Positions 17,265 through 28,917 of a DNA stretch of 64,000 bases are shown piece after piece. Source of the DNA: the human T2T-CHM13v2.0 reference genome, Homo sapiens. The DNA lies in assembly GCA_009914755.4 (NCBI GenBank), contig CP086569.2:17664001-17728000 (forward strand). Reading direction: 5' to 3'. Each line of letters opens with the position of its first letter. The first letter of the stretch is position 1. The notes beneath the pieces were generated by a model. It was not told where the DNA came from and made no database searches. It saw only the letters and a program-made list of their open reading frames with translations. Position numbers and translations under genes: made by a program.

Positions 17265-17697
17265 ACCTTGCTACCTCTCTCTACCCTTTCCTTCTCTCCC
17301 TTCTCTCCCTTCTTTCCCTTCCTTCCTTCCTTCCCTCCTGCCTTCCTTCCTTCTTTTCCTTCCCTCCTTCCTTCCTCCTTCCCTCCTTCTCTCCCTCCCT
17401 CGCTCTTTCTCTCACCTTTCCTTCTTTCATCCTTCCTCTCTTCCTCTTTTCTTTTTTCTTGGTTATCTTTCATTCCCTCCCTCCCTCCCTACACCCATCC
17501 CTCCTTTCTTCTCTTCCTCCCTCCCTCCCTTCCTTCCTTCCTTTTCTTCTTTCCATTCTCTTTATCTCTCCCTTTCTCTGTTCTCCTTCCTTTCTACCCT
17601 CCCTTCCTCTCTTCCGTCCCTCCTTTCTTCTTTCCTCAATTCCTTTTCCTTTCTTTCTTCCCCTTCCTCCCCACCTCCTTCCCTCAACCCCCATTTT
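17265..17697. repeat. ~430 bp polypyrimidine (TCCC/TTCC/CTCT) low-complexity tract
   Basis: The + strand is almost entirely C/T (ccttccttccttccctcctgccttcc…ccctccctccctcc…). Confidence 0.9.
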
Positions 17698-17957
17698 TTG
17701 AGACAGTCTTCCTTTATTGCTCAGGCTGGAGAACGGTGGTGCCATCATGGCTCCCTGTGCAGCCTTGACCTTCTGAGCTCAAGTAGCTCGGACTACAGTT
17801 GTGCACCAACACACCTGACTAAATTTTTTCATTTTTAGTAGAGACAAGTTCTTGCTATGTTGCCCAGGCTAGTACCCAATGCCTGAGCCCTAGTCATTCT
17901 CCTGCCTCAACTTCCCAAAATGCTGAGATAACAGGCATGAGCCATGGTGCCTGGCCC
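17697..17957 (-). mobile_element. Alu (AluJ-like, diverged)
   Basis: ttttttgagacagtcttcctttattgctcaggctggagaacggtggtgccatcatggctcc…gcctcaacttcccaaaatgctgagataacaggcatgagccatggtgcctggcc. Confidence 0.8.
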
Positions 17958-18609
17958 TGCCTCACTTCCCTCTGTCTCTTCACTGCCTGTCTTTTCTGTG
18001 TTTTGTTTTCTCAAAACCACCTAAAATTTCTTACGTTGCCATTGCTAAGTCTCTTTAACAGGAGTGCATTTCCTGTTTATCTTTGTATACATTCTCTTTC
18101 TCATGTTTTAAACATTTTCACAGAGTTCATATGTATTTCTTTTATTAAGCTGGAACTTTAGATAATCTCTACAAGACAGTGTTTGTAAACCATTAGATAT
18201 GACAACTGATCAAATGTTTAATATGCCAAAAGTTATGGCTACTGTCCATTCAGACACCAACAACATTTTAGACTTGTATCTTCAACTTCACTGCAAATTC
18301 ATGTGCACAGTGTCTCACATGGTGTGTGGACTTTTTCACAACTGGGTGGTTATGAGCCTGATTATCTATCCTTCTCAACATGTGGTCATTTAAGTACTAG
18401 AAACAAAACAAAACAAAATGAATAATCCCTGGCTGCCTGAAAAAATAGCTAATGTGTATCCTTTTCTTAAAAGTGATTCATGGGGAATAATAATGCACAG
18501 AGTTACTATCCTCAGTGAACTTCTGTTTCTCAACCCCCTACTCATTCAATGCATACTTGAGGGCAATATGTTTTTATCTGAAACCTAACCTGTTTTTTAT
18601 GTGTTCTGT

Positions 18610-18700
18610 TTTATTATCAGTATCTATGTATTTATCATATTTATCGTATCTATCTATCATCTATCTATCTATCTATCTAACCATCTATCTGTCTATCCTT
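18610..18700. repeat. (TATC)n microsatellite
   Basis: …tatctatctatcatctatctatctatctatctaaccatctatctgtctatcc. Confidence 0.85.
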
Positions 18701-18924
18701 CTTCTGTTGTTTGGTTGAGTTCAGAACTGTTTAGGAAGAAATACCTTTCTTTGGTAGTCTCTACCCTCATGAAATAACAGTTTGCTGTTAAGTAATAAGC
18801 CACACTTTTTGGAAGGTGTTCCACACTCAGAACCTTTTGGATGCAAAAAGGTCAGTGAATTGTATAAACCTTCTTCACACTTTCCATCTCCTCTAATTTG
18901 TGTTTCCAAATGCTGAGTCTGAAT

Positions 18925-19195
18925 AGATTAACTATCATTTCTCAATCTGGCTAATTAGTGCATATAAGTAATTAATATTCTTACTTTCTAAATGCTATGA
19001 GTTTTTCACAGTCCCTCCCATGTATTGTAACACTCCCATGTATTATAACTGCCATGTATTTATAATATGTGTTATCTTTACTATAATTATAACGTGTATT
19101 ATAAATGTGGCTATTGTCATAACCACATTTTTAATTAAGATAAGCAATATCCATGAAAATAATATTTTATACATCACTGTGTTTGATGGCCTTCT
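18925..19195 (+). other. Copy 1 of an unclassified ~200-270 bp repeat (see the copy at 20036..20232)
   Basis: gattaactatcatttctcaatctggctaattagtgcatataagtaattaat…tctaaatgctatgagtttttcac…ataaccacatttttaattaag…aaaataatattttatacatcactgtgtttgat aligns at ~80-85% to 20036..20232. Confidence 0.5.
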
Positions 19196-19414
19196 CCCAA
19201 ATTCTGATCAAAATGCCTGCAAAAATACAAGTGAAAAATCCAAATAGCTACAAAATGTAACTATTATTTATGTATGAAATCTGAGAGAGAAATATAAAAT
19301 ATATATGTATGTTATTAAAAGGTCTGTGGGGCATATTTATTTTGTAGTCAGATATGTATGTAAAACCATTGAATGTACACATGTCAGAGAAAACTCAGTG
19401 TGGAACAGAGAGAA

Positions 19415-20035
19415 ATATTCTCTTCAAAATATTTTTAATGGATACATCATAGTTGTACATATTTATGGGATACTTGTGATATTTGATAGAAGCATACAAG
19501 GTATAATGATCAAATCTGGGTAAGTGGGATATCAATTACCACCAACATTTGTCATCACTGTGTGTTGGGAACATTTCAAATATACTCTTCTGTCAATTTT
19601 GAAATATAAAATAAATCGTTAATTATATTCATCCTATTGTACTACCAAGCACCAGATTTTATTTCTTCTACCTAACAGTATTTTTGTAACTTATTAACCA
19701 CCCCCTTTTTCTTCTGTCTCCTCACTACCCTCTTCACCCACTGGTGACCACTATTCTACTCTCCACCTCCGTAAGATCCACTTTTGTAGCTTCCACATGT
19801 GATTGAAAACATGCAGAATGTGTGCTTCTCTGCCTGGATTATTTTACTTAACATAATGTCCTCCAGTTCTAGCCATGTTGTTGCAAATGACAGAATATCT
19901 TTTTTTTTTTCCAAAGGTGGAATAGTAATTCATTGTGAATATATACTACATTTTATTTATCCATTCACCCACTGACAGATATTTATGTTGATTTTGCATG
20001 TTAGCTATTGGGAATAGTGCAGCAATATGAGTATA
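19415..20035 (-). mobile_element. Old L1 (L1MA/L1PB-type) 3' end, antisense, part A
   Basis: …gggatatcaattaccaccaacatttgtcatcactgtgtgttgggaacatttcaaat…ccttctatc…ctccagttctagccatgttgttgcaaatgacag… is the reverse complement of the L1M 3'UTR. Confidence 0.7.
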
Positions 20036-20232
20036 AGTAGATTAACCATCATTTCTTAAGCTGGCTAATCAGTGCATATAATTAATGATTCATATTCATA
20101 GTTTCTAAATGCTATGAGTTTTTCCCAATTTCTCACCTGTATTATAACACTTCATTATCACAACCACATTTTCATATTGAGATCGACAATATGAATGAAA
20201 ATAATATTTCACACATCACTGTCTTTGATATA
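20036..20232 (+). other. Copy 2 of the unclassified repeat, interrupting the antisense L1M
   Basis: gattaaccatcatttcttaagctggctaatcagtgcatataattaatgattcatattcatagtttctaaatgctatgagtttttccc…cactgtctttgat. L1M sequence resumes at 20233. Confidence 0.5.
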
Positions 20233-20420
20233 TGCTGCATTACAAGCATGGGGGTGCAGGTATCCCTTTGATATATTGCTTTTCTTTCTTTTGGATAAAT
20301 ATCCAGCAGGTGGATTGCTGGATCATATGGTAGCAATATTGTTAGTGTTTGGAGGTAGCTCTCTGCTGATTTCCATGGAGGCTGTACTAGGGATGCCAAG
20401 GAGAAAGGAAGAGCGGTGTC
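20233..20420 (-). mobile_element. Old L1 3' region, antisense, part B
   Basis: tgctgcattacaagcatgggggtgcaggtatccctttgatatattgc…ccagcaggtggattgctggatcatatggtagc… is the reverse complement of L1. Confidence 0.65.
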
Positions 20421-20782
20421 TCCTCTCAAGGTTGCATAAGTGAATCAATGACTTGGTGATGAGTGAGGTGTGGTTTTCGAAGGCCAATAATCTTATTTGG
20501 AGACCACCACGGTCATAGAACAATTTCTGTTAACTGAATGCAATAAGGTATATCTTCGAATGGTGATAAAATACACTATCTGATATACTTTGCATCAACC
20601 ACTCATGAGGTTGGACAATGGGTGTCACCCAGTTTAGAAATTTGTTTCAGACTTAAAGACTTGCAGTGGACACTTTAATACTCTAGGCAGAGGCTCCTCC
20701 TGTACCTACATGGCGTGATGCTTCCCTTCACCCCAGGCCTTTCAATTCAGTGTCTATGAGGGTGGTTTAAGAGCATTCTCCT

Positions 20783-21112
20783 GGCTGGGACTGGTGGCTT
20801 AGGCCTGTTGTCCCAGCACTTTGGGAGGCCAAAACAGGTGGATCAACTGAGGTCAGGAGTTTGGGACGAGCCGGCCAACATGGCAAAACCCCATCTCTAC
20901 TAAAAACACCAAAATCAGTTGTATTGCTTATATTATATTAGTTGTATTTCTTATATTATTAGGTGTGGTGGTGTACCTTTACCCTAAACTACTTGGGAAG
21001 CTGAGGCAGAAGAATCATTTCAACCTGGGAGGTGGAGAGATTGTGCCACTAGAAGCCAGCCTGGGCAACAGAGCAAGACCCTGTCAACAACAACAACAAA
21101 AAAAAAAAAAAA
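20783..21112 (+). mobile_element. Alu with a small internal duplication and a poly-A tail
   Basis: ggctgggactggtggcttaggcctgttgtcccagcactttgggaggcc…cctgggcaacagagcaagaccctgtc…(caa)n aaaaaa. Confidence 0.85.
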
Positions 21113-21198
21113 TAAAGAAAGAGAGAAAGAAAGGAACAAAGAAAAGAAGAAGGAAAGAAAGGAAGTAGGAAAGAAAGGAAGTAGGAAAGAAAGAAGGA

Positions 21199-21250
<52 letters not shown>

Positions 21251-21366
21251 GAAAGAAAGAAAGAAAGGAAGAAAGGAAGGAAGGAAGGAAGGAAGGAAAG
21301 AGGGAGGGAGGGAGGGAGGGAAGGAAGGGAGGGAAAGTGAAAGCAAGCAAGCAAGCAAGCAAGCAA
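21113..21366. repeat. (GAAA/GGAA)n purine microsatellite ending in (GGGA)n and (CAAG)n
   Basis: aaagaaagaaagaaag…ggaaggaagg…gggagggagggagggagg…gcaagcaagcaagcaagcaagcaagca. Confidence 0.9.
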
Positions 21367-21501
21367 GCATTCTTCGTATCAAAACTTCTGCGTACAAGTG
21401 TTCTCCTGAAATTCTATTTCCCAGGGAACCCTAAGATCAGGGTAGTGTGAATAACTCTATGGTAAATAAGTATATGATTTTAAATAACTGTATGATTTTA
21501 A

Positions 21502-22128
<627 letters not shown>

Positions 22129-22129
22129 A

Positions 22130-22524
22130 TATTTTTATATAACTATTTATCCTCAGCTTCGGCTGCCATTACAAAGTTTCACAGACCGGGCTGCTTGAAC
22201 AAAAGACATTTATTTTCCTTGAACCCTAATACCAGCCTAGTGTAAATAACTTTATGATTTTAAAATGCGTTTTCTTTTCATATAATTAGTTATGCTTATA
22301 GTATTATTAGTCAGCTTGGGCTTCCATAACAAAGTCCCACAGACCGCACTCCTTGAACAACAGACATTTATTTTCTCACAGTCCTGGAGGCTGGAAGCCA
22401 AGACCAAGGTGTGGGCAAGGCTGGTTCCTTCTCAGGCCTCTCTCTTTGGCATGTAGAGACCATCTTCTTCCTATGACTTTGTATGATCATCCATCTGTGT
22501 ACGGTGTCTGTGTCCTAATCTTGA
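22130..22524 (+). mobile_element. Unclassified ancient interspersed repeat, 5' part, with a local ~150 bp tandem duplication
   Basis: Carries the widespread mammalian repeat motif …cttccataacaaagtcccacagaccg…cttgaacaacagacatttattttctcacagtcctggaggctggaagccaagaccaaggtgtgggcaaggctggttccttctcaggcctctctctttggc…. I cannot recall the family name. Confidence 0.5.
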
Positions 22525-23232
<708 letters not shown>

Positions 23233-23450
23233 CGTCAATCTTCTTTTCTTATAAGGACAGCAGTTCTATTGGTTCAAGGCCCACCCTAGTGACTTTATTT
23301 TACCTTAATCCCCTTTCAAAGACCCTATTTACAAATATAGCCAACATAAGGAGGTCTTAGGGGTTAGGATTTCAAAATACACGTTATTCCTGGGAACACA
23401 ATTCATTCCATAGCGCCTAAGAATGACTAAAATGTCTTTTTGAATTTCCA
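23233..23450 (+). mobile_element. Unclassified ancient repeat, 3' part; continuation of 22130..22524 after the Alu insertions
   Basis: …cttcttttcttataaggacagcagttctattggttcaaggcccaccctagtgactttattttaccttaatcccctttcaaagaccctatttacaaatatagcc…ggggttaggatttcaaaatacacgttattcctgggaacacaattcattccatagc matches the 3' half of the same family. Confidence 0.5.
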
Positions 23451-23639
23451 GTTTTCCTACCATATTTTAAGACACTGCATCCTTTGTCGGAAAAAAAAAA
23501 AAAGATTAAGAAGAGCATTGAAAGGAGATTTCAAAGTAGGACTGTAAAGAAATAATGCAACTTATAATTTTACTATCAATTATTTTCTATATAATATGTT
23601 TATATAATATTTTCACATATATATGTACACAGATTAGTG

Positions 23640-24345
23640 TACATGGACTACCTAATCATCCTTTATCTACCATCTATCTATGTACCTATTAGTCTATTAA
23701 TTATCTATCTATAATCTATCTACACTATGTATGTATGTATGTATCTATCTATCCATCTATCACCTGTCTACCTATCTATGTATCCCTCTACCTTATGTAT
23801 CTACCTATCTTATCTATTTACATCTTTCAGCCTACCTATCTACCTCTCTAATCTATGTATCCATCTAATCTATGTACCCATCTACCCATTTATCTATCTG
23901 CTACCTATGCTGTTTATCTATCATCTATCTACCTGTCTAATCTATCTGTGTATGTATGTATGTATGTATGTATCTATCTATCTCCTGTCTATCTATGTAT
24001 ATATCCCTCTACCTTATCTATCTATCTACCTATTTTATCTATTTACATTTGTCAGCCTACCTATCTAACTCTCTAATCTATGTATCTATCTGGTCTATGT
24101 ACCTACCTACCCATTTATCTATCTGCTACCTATGCTGCTTATCTATCATCTATCTACCTGTCTAATCTAGCTGTGTATCTATGTATCTATGTATCTATCT
24201 ATCTATCTATCATCTATTAATCTATCATCTATCTAATCTATCTTTTTATCCACTAATCCATTTACTATCTATCATCTATCTTTCATCTATCAAACTATGT
24301 ACTCATCCATCTATTTATATCTATCTATGTATCTATCAATCTACA
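23640..24345. repeat. Degenerate (TATC)n/(TATG)n array with an internal ~220 bp higher-order duplication
   Basis: ctatctatgtacctatt…(tatg)n…tatctatctatcc…. The segment 23775..24000 repeats at 24000..24215. Confidence 0.85.
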
Positions 24346-24369
24346 CTGGAATATTATTCAGCATTATAA

Positions 24370-24880
24370 AAAATGCAATCTTCCCATTTGCCATAGCATG
24401 AATGGACCTGGAGGACCATATACTAAGGGAAATAAACAAGATGCAGAAAGAAAATATTACATGATCTCACCCCTATGTATAAGCTAAAACAAACAACCAA
24501 TCAAACAAAAAATAGTCAAAGATACAGAAATAGGGTATAAAACTGTGAATATCAGAGGCAAGGCTCTAGAGGAAATTGTGGAGATGTAGCTCAAAGGATA
24601 CAAAGAATCAGATATGTCGAATTAATAGAAAGGTAATGTATATCACGAAGTCTACTGCGAATAAAATTGCATTTTATTAGAGATTTTGTCAAACAAGTAG
24701 ATTTTAGCTGATCCCGTCACTAAACTATAACTGTGTAAGATGATAGGTATGTTAGTTTGCTTCACTATGGTAACCAACTTATTATCTGTTGGTATCCCAT
24801 AACCTCATTATGTTATCCTTAAATATACAAAATTAAATATATTTAAAATAAAATACTGTTTTTAAAAAAACCACAAGGGC
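24370..24880 (+). mobile_element. Ancient L1 (L1MB/L1MC-like) 3' end with an A-rich tail
   Basis: cttcccatttgccatagcatgaatggacctggaggaccatatactaagggaaataaacaagatgcagaaagaaaatattacatgatctcacccctatgtataagctaaaac…cagaggcaaggctctagagg… matches the L1M 3'UTR consensus. Confidence 0.6.
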
Positions 24881-25104
24881 ACTGGACATATAAGGATCCA
24901 AGAAGGTGAAAATGATACAGACAGCGACAAGAGGAGCAATAATGTTCTGTAGGTAGCTGTCGAACATGTGCGTTTCCTCTTTCCAGGATTGTATTTCACA
25001 CATGCTTGGGGGATCTTTCTCTGTATGTACACTGCTACGATTTTCAAATATTTCCCCCTTAACAGTGCCCACACCTATTTTCTTTAGTGTAATGAATTGA
25101 AACA

Positions 25105-25245
25105 ATATTTCCTGGACAGGCACATGGTGGTTCACACCTGTAATCCCAGCAGGAGACTAAGAAGGGAGCATCACTTGAGGCCAGGAGTTCACTACTAACC
25201 TGGCCAACATAGCAAGATCCCATATCTGCAAAAAATAAAAAAGAA
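25105..25245 (+). mobile_element. Alu monomer fragment (FLAM/left-arm-like)
   Basis: ggcacatggtggttcacacctgtaatcccagcaggagactaagaagggagcatcacttgaggccaggagttcactactaacctggccaacatagcaagatccc…aaaaaataaaaaag. Confidence 0.6.
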
Positions 25246-26202
25246 ACAATGTTTCCTGTATTTTTCAACTGGGTAGACAGGAAAGACAACTAAGAGAATG
25301 GATATTGATGTTTAACCATATGCTGTGACATGAAGGGCATTAAGGTGGCATGAAATCCATCTTGCCTTCCAGAATTAATTTTTTTGTAAATGTAGAGCAC
25401 GTCCAGTATTACATAATTAGCCAAAAGAGGAACCAATGCTAAGTACCACATTTTCGGTATGCTATTAAGAAGAAAGTCAAATATATGTAACATGAATTAT
25501 CCAATTTATACTGATCTGGGTTAGAATTGATGAACTACAGACCACTTATATTATACTAGCTATATAAGGAAAAAAATAGATTTTTATTGAAGACTACTAA
25601 ATATGCATAGTTCCTCTGATGAAGTTTAATTTCTATACCTGAAATTACTTTAATCAAAGAAAAATCATCTTGATATAGCAAATACAAGTGACTTATCTCC
25701 TAATTTCACACATCATCATCTCCCTGCTTGCTACTGATGCAGTTAATCAAACTGAGAAATCTGAAGAATTGATGTCCCTATAAATATTAACCATTAATTT
25801 TTCTTCAGAAATACATTTCATAAATATATCTTCATGTAGAAATATGTAAAGATATTTTCTTTTTGTTATGAATATCATCCATTTTTTATCTAGTGTACTT
25901 TATATATCTTGTATACCCAACAAATAGATAATTATTCGTGAAAAAATATGGAGAACAATGTTTGGAGGATTAAAAAAGAACATAAACTTAACATGTAACC
26001 ACATTTTGGATCCAAATTTCTAAATGTGCTTCAGTCTTAAATCTGCAAGCTTTACTGTACACCGTAAAAAGACATCTATATTTTTGTCTTATGAGTCAAA
26101 TGTAGAATCAAAATAGCTGAACTGGGGAAATTTATCATTTTCACATTTAAAAAGTGTAATAACATCTTCTAATGAATTTTATGATGTATATCAGATGGAT
26201 CA

Positions 26203-26520
<318 letters not shown>

Positions 26521-27231
26521 GCCCCTGCTGAAATAACTTATCACCTTGAATCAATTTTGTTTTCACCAATTTTCCCAATAATAATGAGGCATACTGAATT
26601 TTCTACTTCTTGGTCACTGAGAAACAATCTTAGAATGTTACTGAATATTTAATTTTGGTTTGTTGAAATAACTGGTTCCCAAGAACTTCTTAAGCCACAG
26701 AAAAAAAATATAAGTGCTCACAGATATTAGCCACATGTTCTTTTCAAGAAAGTACCTCCCAAGATTATTAAATGATATGCCATTAAAATACTTCCTAAAA
26801 TTATTCAAATCATATCTAATGTGTGCATATCAATATCCAAGCAGAAAATTGCCACTTAGCAAATGGTAGAGTTCATTATCCAAGGGCAGTTAAGAGTTCT
26901 TCAAGGAAAATAGGAAGCCTGGCTTATGATGGTGTATTTTAAAAATATTTTAGTATTTTCTTGATCTATTTATGTTGAGATTTTTGGAAAATATTACTTT
27001 ATAATCTTATATGTTTCTCGGCTTATCCATCAATTCAGGATCTACTTAAAACCTAAATTTGTTAATATGTCATTTATCCTCTCAGTCATTAATAGTCTTG
27101 ACAAACTCTCAAATTTCAGTGTTTCTGCTTTCTAATCTGTTAGAACTCTCAACATGATGACAATGGCCATTCAGATGTTCTTAAATAGAAACTTTAAAAC
27201 ATTGCTCTCTTATTTAAAATCACCAATATGA

Positions 27232-27410
27232 AATCCCGTCTCTACTAAAAATACAAAAATTAGCTGGACACGGTGGCACGTGCCTTTTACTCATAGCTAC
27301 TTGGGAGGCTGAGGCAGGAAAATTGCTTGAACTCGGGAGGCAGAGGTTGCAGTGAGCCAAGATCATGACACTGCACTCCAGCCTGGCAAAAGAGAGTGAG
27401 ACCTCATCAA
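27232..27410 (+). mobile_element. Alu right-arm fragment (5'-truncated)
   Basis: gaaatcccgtctctactaaaaatacaaaaattagctggacacggtggcacgtgcc…gcagtgagccaagatcatgacactgcactccagcctggcaaaagagagtgagacc. Confidence 0.8.
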
Positions 27411-28142
27411 TTATCTTTGAGTGTGTCTCAGTTGTGTGTATGTGTTCATGAGTAAAAATGCCACTGTTAAATCTATATCTATAAATATCTGTGGAAGTCT
27501 TAATTTAGATGTCTTTTACTAACTCTGTAAATATTAATATCTGTGTCTATGAAATCCATAATGATCCAATCTATATATGCAGTGACAAGAAAAACAAACT
27601 TATTATATGAAATGAGAGCTTTAGAATAGAGAAATATTTTATTTTTTACTTTATGCTTGCCTGAGTTTCATCTTTTGTCAAAAACTACACGTTACTTTAT
27701 AATCATAAGAAAAGAAAGGAAAAATCAACTTAAAATGTCACATTATTGCTATAAGAGAAATGATGCATAAATTGTGTAAAAATAATTTCTGCTACAATAG
27801 TCTGTAAATAAGACAGGGTCTATAGCTGTTTTGTAAATAGGATCCCTTAATTTTAAGTCAAGCATTGCAGTGAGAAATGACAACTAATAAATGGTGCTAT
27901 TAGTGGGCATTTATAACACAATGTTATGGTTTCATTTCCAGGAAATAAGCTAAATATATTTGCATTCAAAGACATGTCTTTTTCTTCTTGAACTAGTAAA
28001 TACATGGAACAGTGTTTGTTTATATAATTACTTGATGGATAAATCAAGATTTTTAAACCCTACCATATGCAACTTCATTCTATTAGTGGATATGTATATG
28101 TTCCTTAATCACTATAATTTCTTTTTTATTTTTAAAATGATA

Positions 28143-28257
28143 GTGATAGGGTCTTACTATGTGCCCCAGCTTTTCTGAAACTCCTGGGCTTGATCTACCT
28201 GTCTCAGCCTCCCAAAGTGCTGAAATTGTGGGCCTAAGCCACTGCACCAGGCCAGAT
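28143..28257 (-). mobile_element. Alu fragment, antisense
   Basis: gggtcttactatgtgccccagcttttctgaaactcctgggcttgatctacctgtctcagcctcccaaagtgctgaaattgtgggcctaagccactgcaccaggcc. Confidence 0.7.
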
Positions 28258-28362
28258 ATTTTAAGGTACTTAAAATGATAAGAATGCATGTAAGAACAAC
28301 CATATATTTAGAGATAAAGCGTATGATTATGCAACATTTTTAAAAAATATCATTTGATCAGT
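28258..28362 (+). repeat. Copy 1 of a ~105 bp direct duplication
   Basis: agatattttaaggtacttaaaatgataagaatgcatgtaagaacaaccatatatttagagataaagcgtatgattatgcaacatttttaaaaaatatcatttgatc matches 28813..28917 at ~95% identity. Confidence 0.8.
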
Positions 28363-28812
28363 ATATGTTTTTTGAATGATTGTACATAACAGTAGTAAAT
28401 TTTTAAAGATCATAATGAATATTTAGGTGACAGTAAAAAGAAAAAATACCTTAAATGATAATTTTTGTTTTCATAGTTTTAATATATAAAACTATGAAAA
28501 CTGATATATACAGTATAATTCTTCATTGTTTAGCAATAGAAAATCTTCATCCTTTGGAAAGAAATATATCTTATAAAATATTTCATACATAATATAATTA
28601 ATTGCATATATAATATATTTATATATACACACAGACATACAAATCCACAGCCATATATACTTCATTCTTTTAATTTTTTCAGTGTACTCATGACATACAG
28701 AAATGTTGGAGGAAGTTATTCTAACATTTTCTCAGTATTTTACTCAAATAAAGTAAGAAAAAAATAGAGACTATTTAAATAGAAGAGTAAGTATTCACTT
28801 AAGGTACTTATA

Positions 28813-28917
28813 TATATTTTAAGGTACTTAAAATGATAAGAATGCATGTAAGAACAACTATATATTTAGAGATAAAGCATATGATTATGCAACATTTTTT
28901 TAAAAATATCATTTAAT
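28813..28917 (+). repeat. Copy 2 of the ~105 bp direct duplication
   Basis: tatattttaaggtacttaaaatgataagaatgcatgtaagaacaactatatatttagagataaagcatatgattatgcaacatttttttaaaaatatcatttaat. Confidence 0.8.

Noticed and set aside
17183-17768. ORFs of 166-172 aa (17183..17701, 17268..17768) and antisense 73-92 aa ORFs rich in K, E and R
   Set aside because: They are translations of the 430 bp polypyrimidine tract and its complement. There is no start context, and they are low-complexity artifacts.
21020-21397. Three overlapping minus-strand ORFs (92-125 aa) with an FLSFFLSFFL-type translation
   Set aside because: They are readings of the complement of the (GAAA/GGAA)n array.
23727-24369. ORFs 62-113 aa (23727..24068, 23855..24076, 23956..24165, 24181..24369) with an MYVCMYLSI-type translation
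   Set aside because: They are stop-free readings of the TATC/TATG arrays. The same pattern appears at 14209..14694 and 44375..44861.
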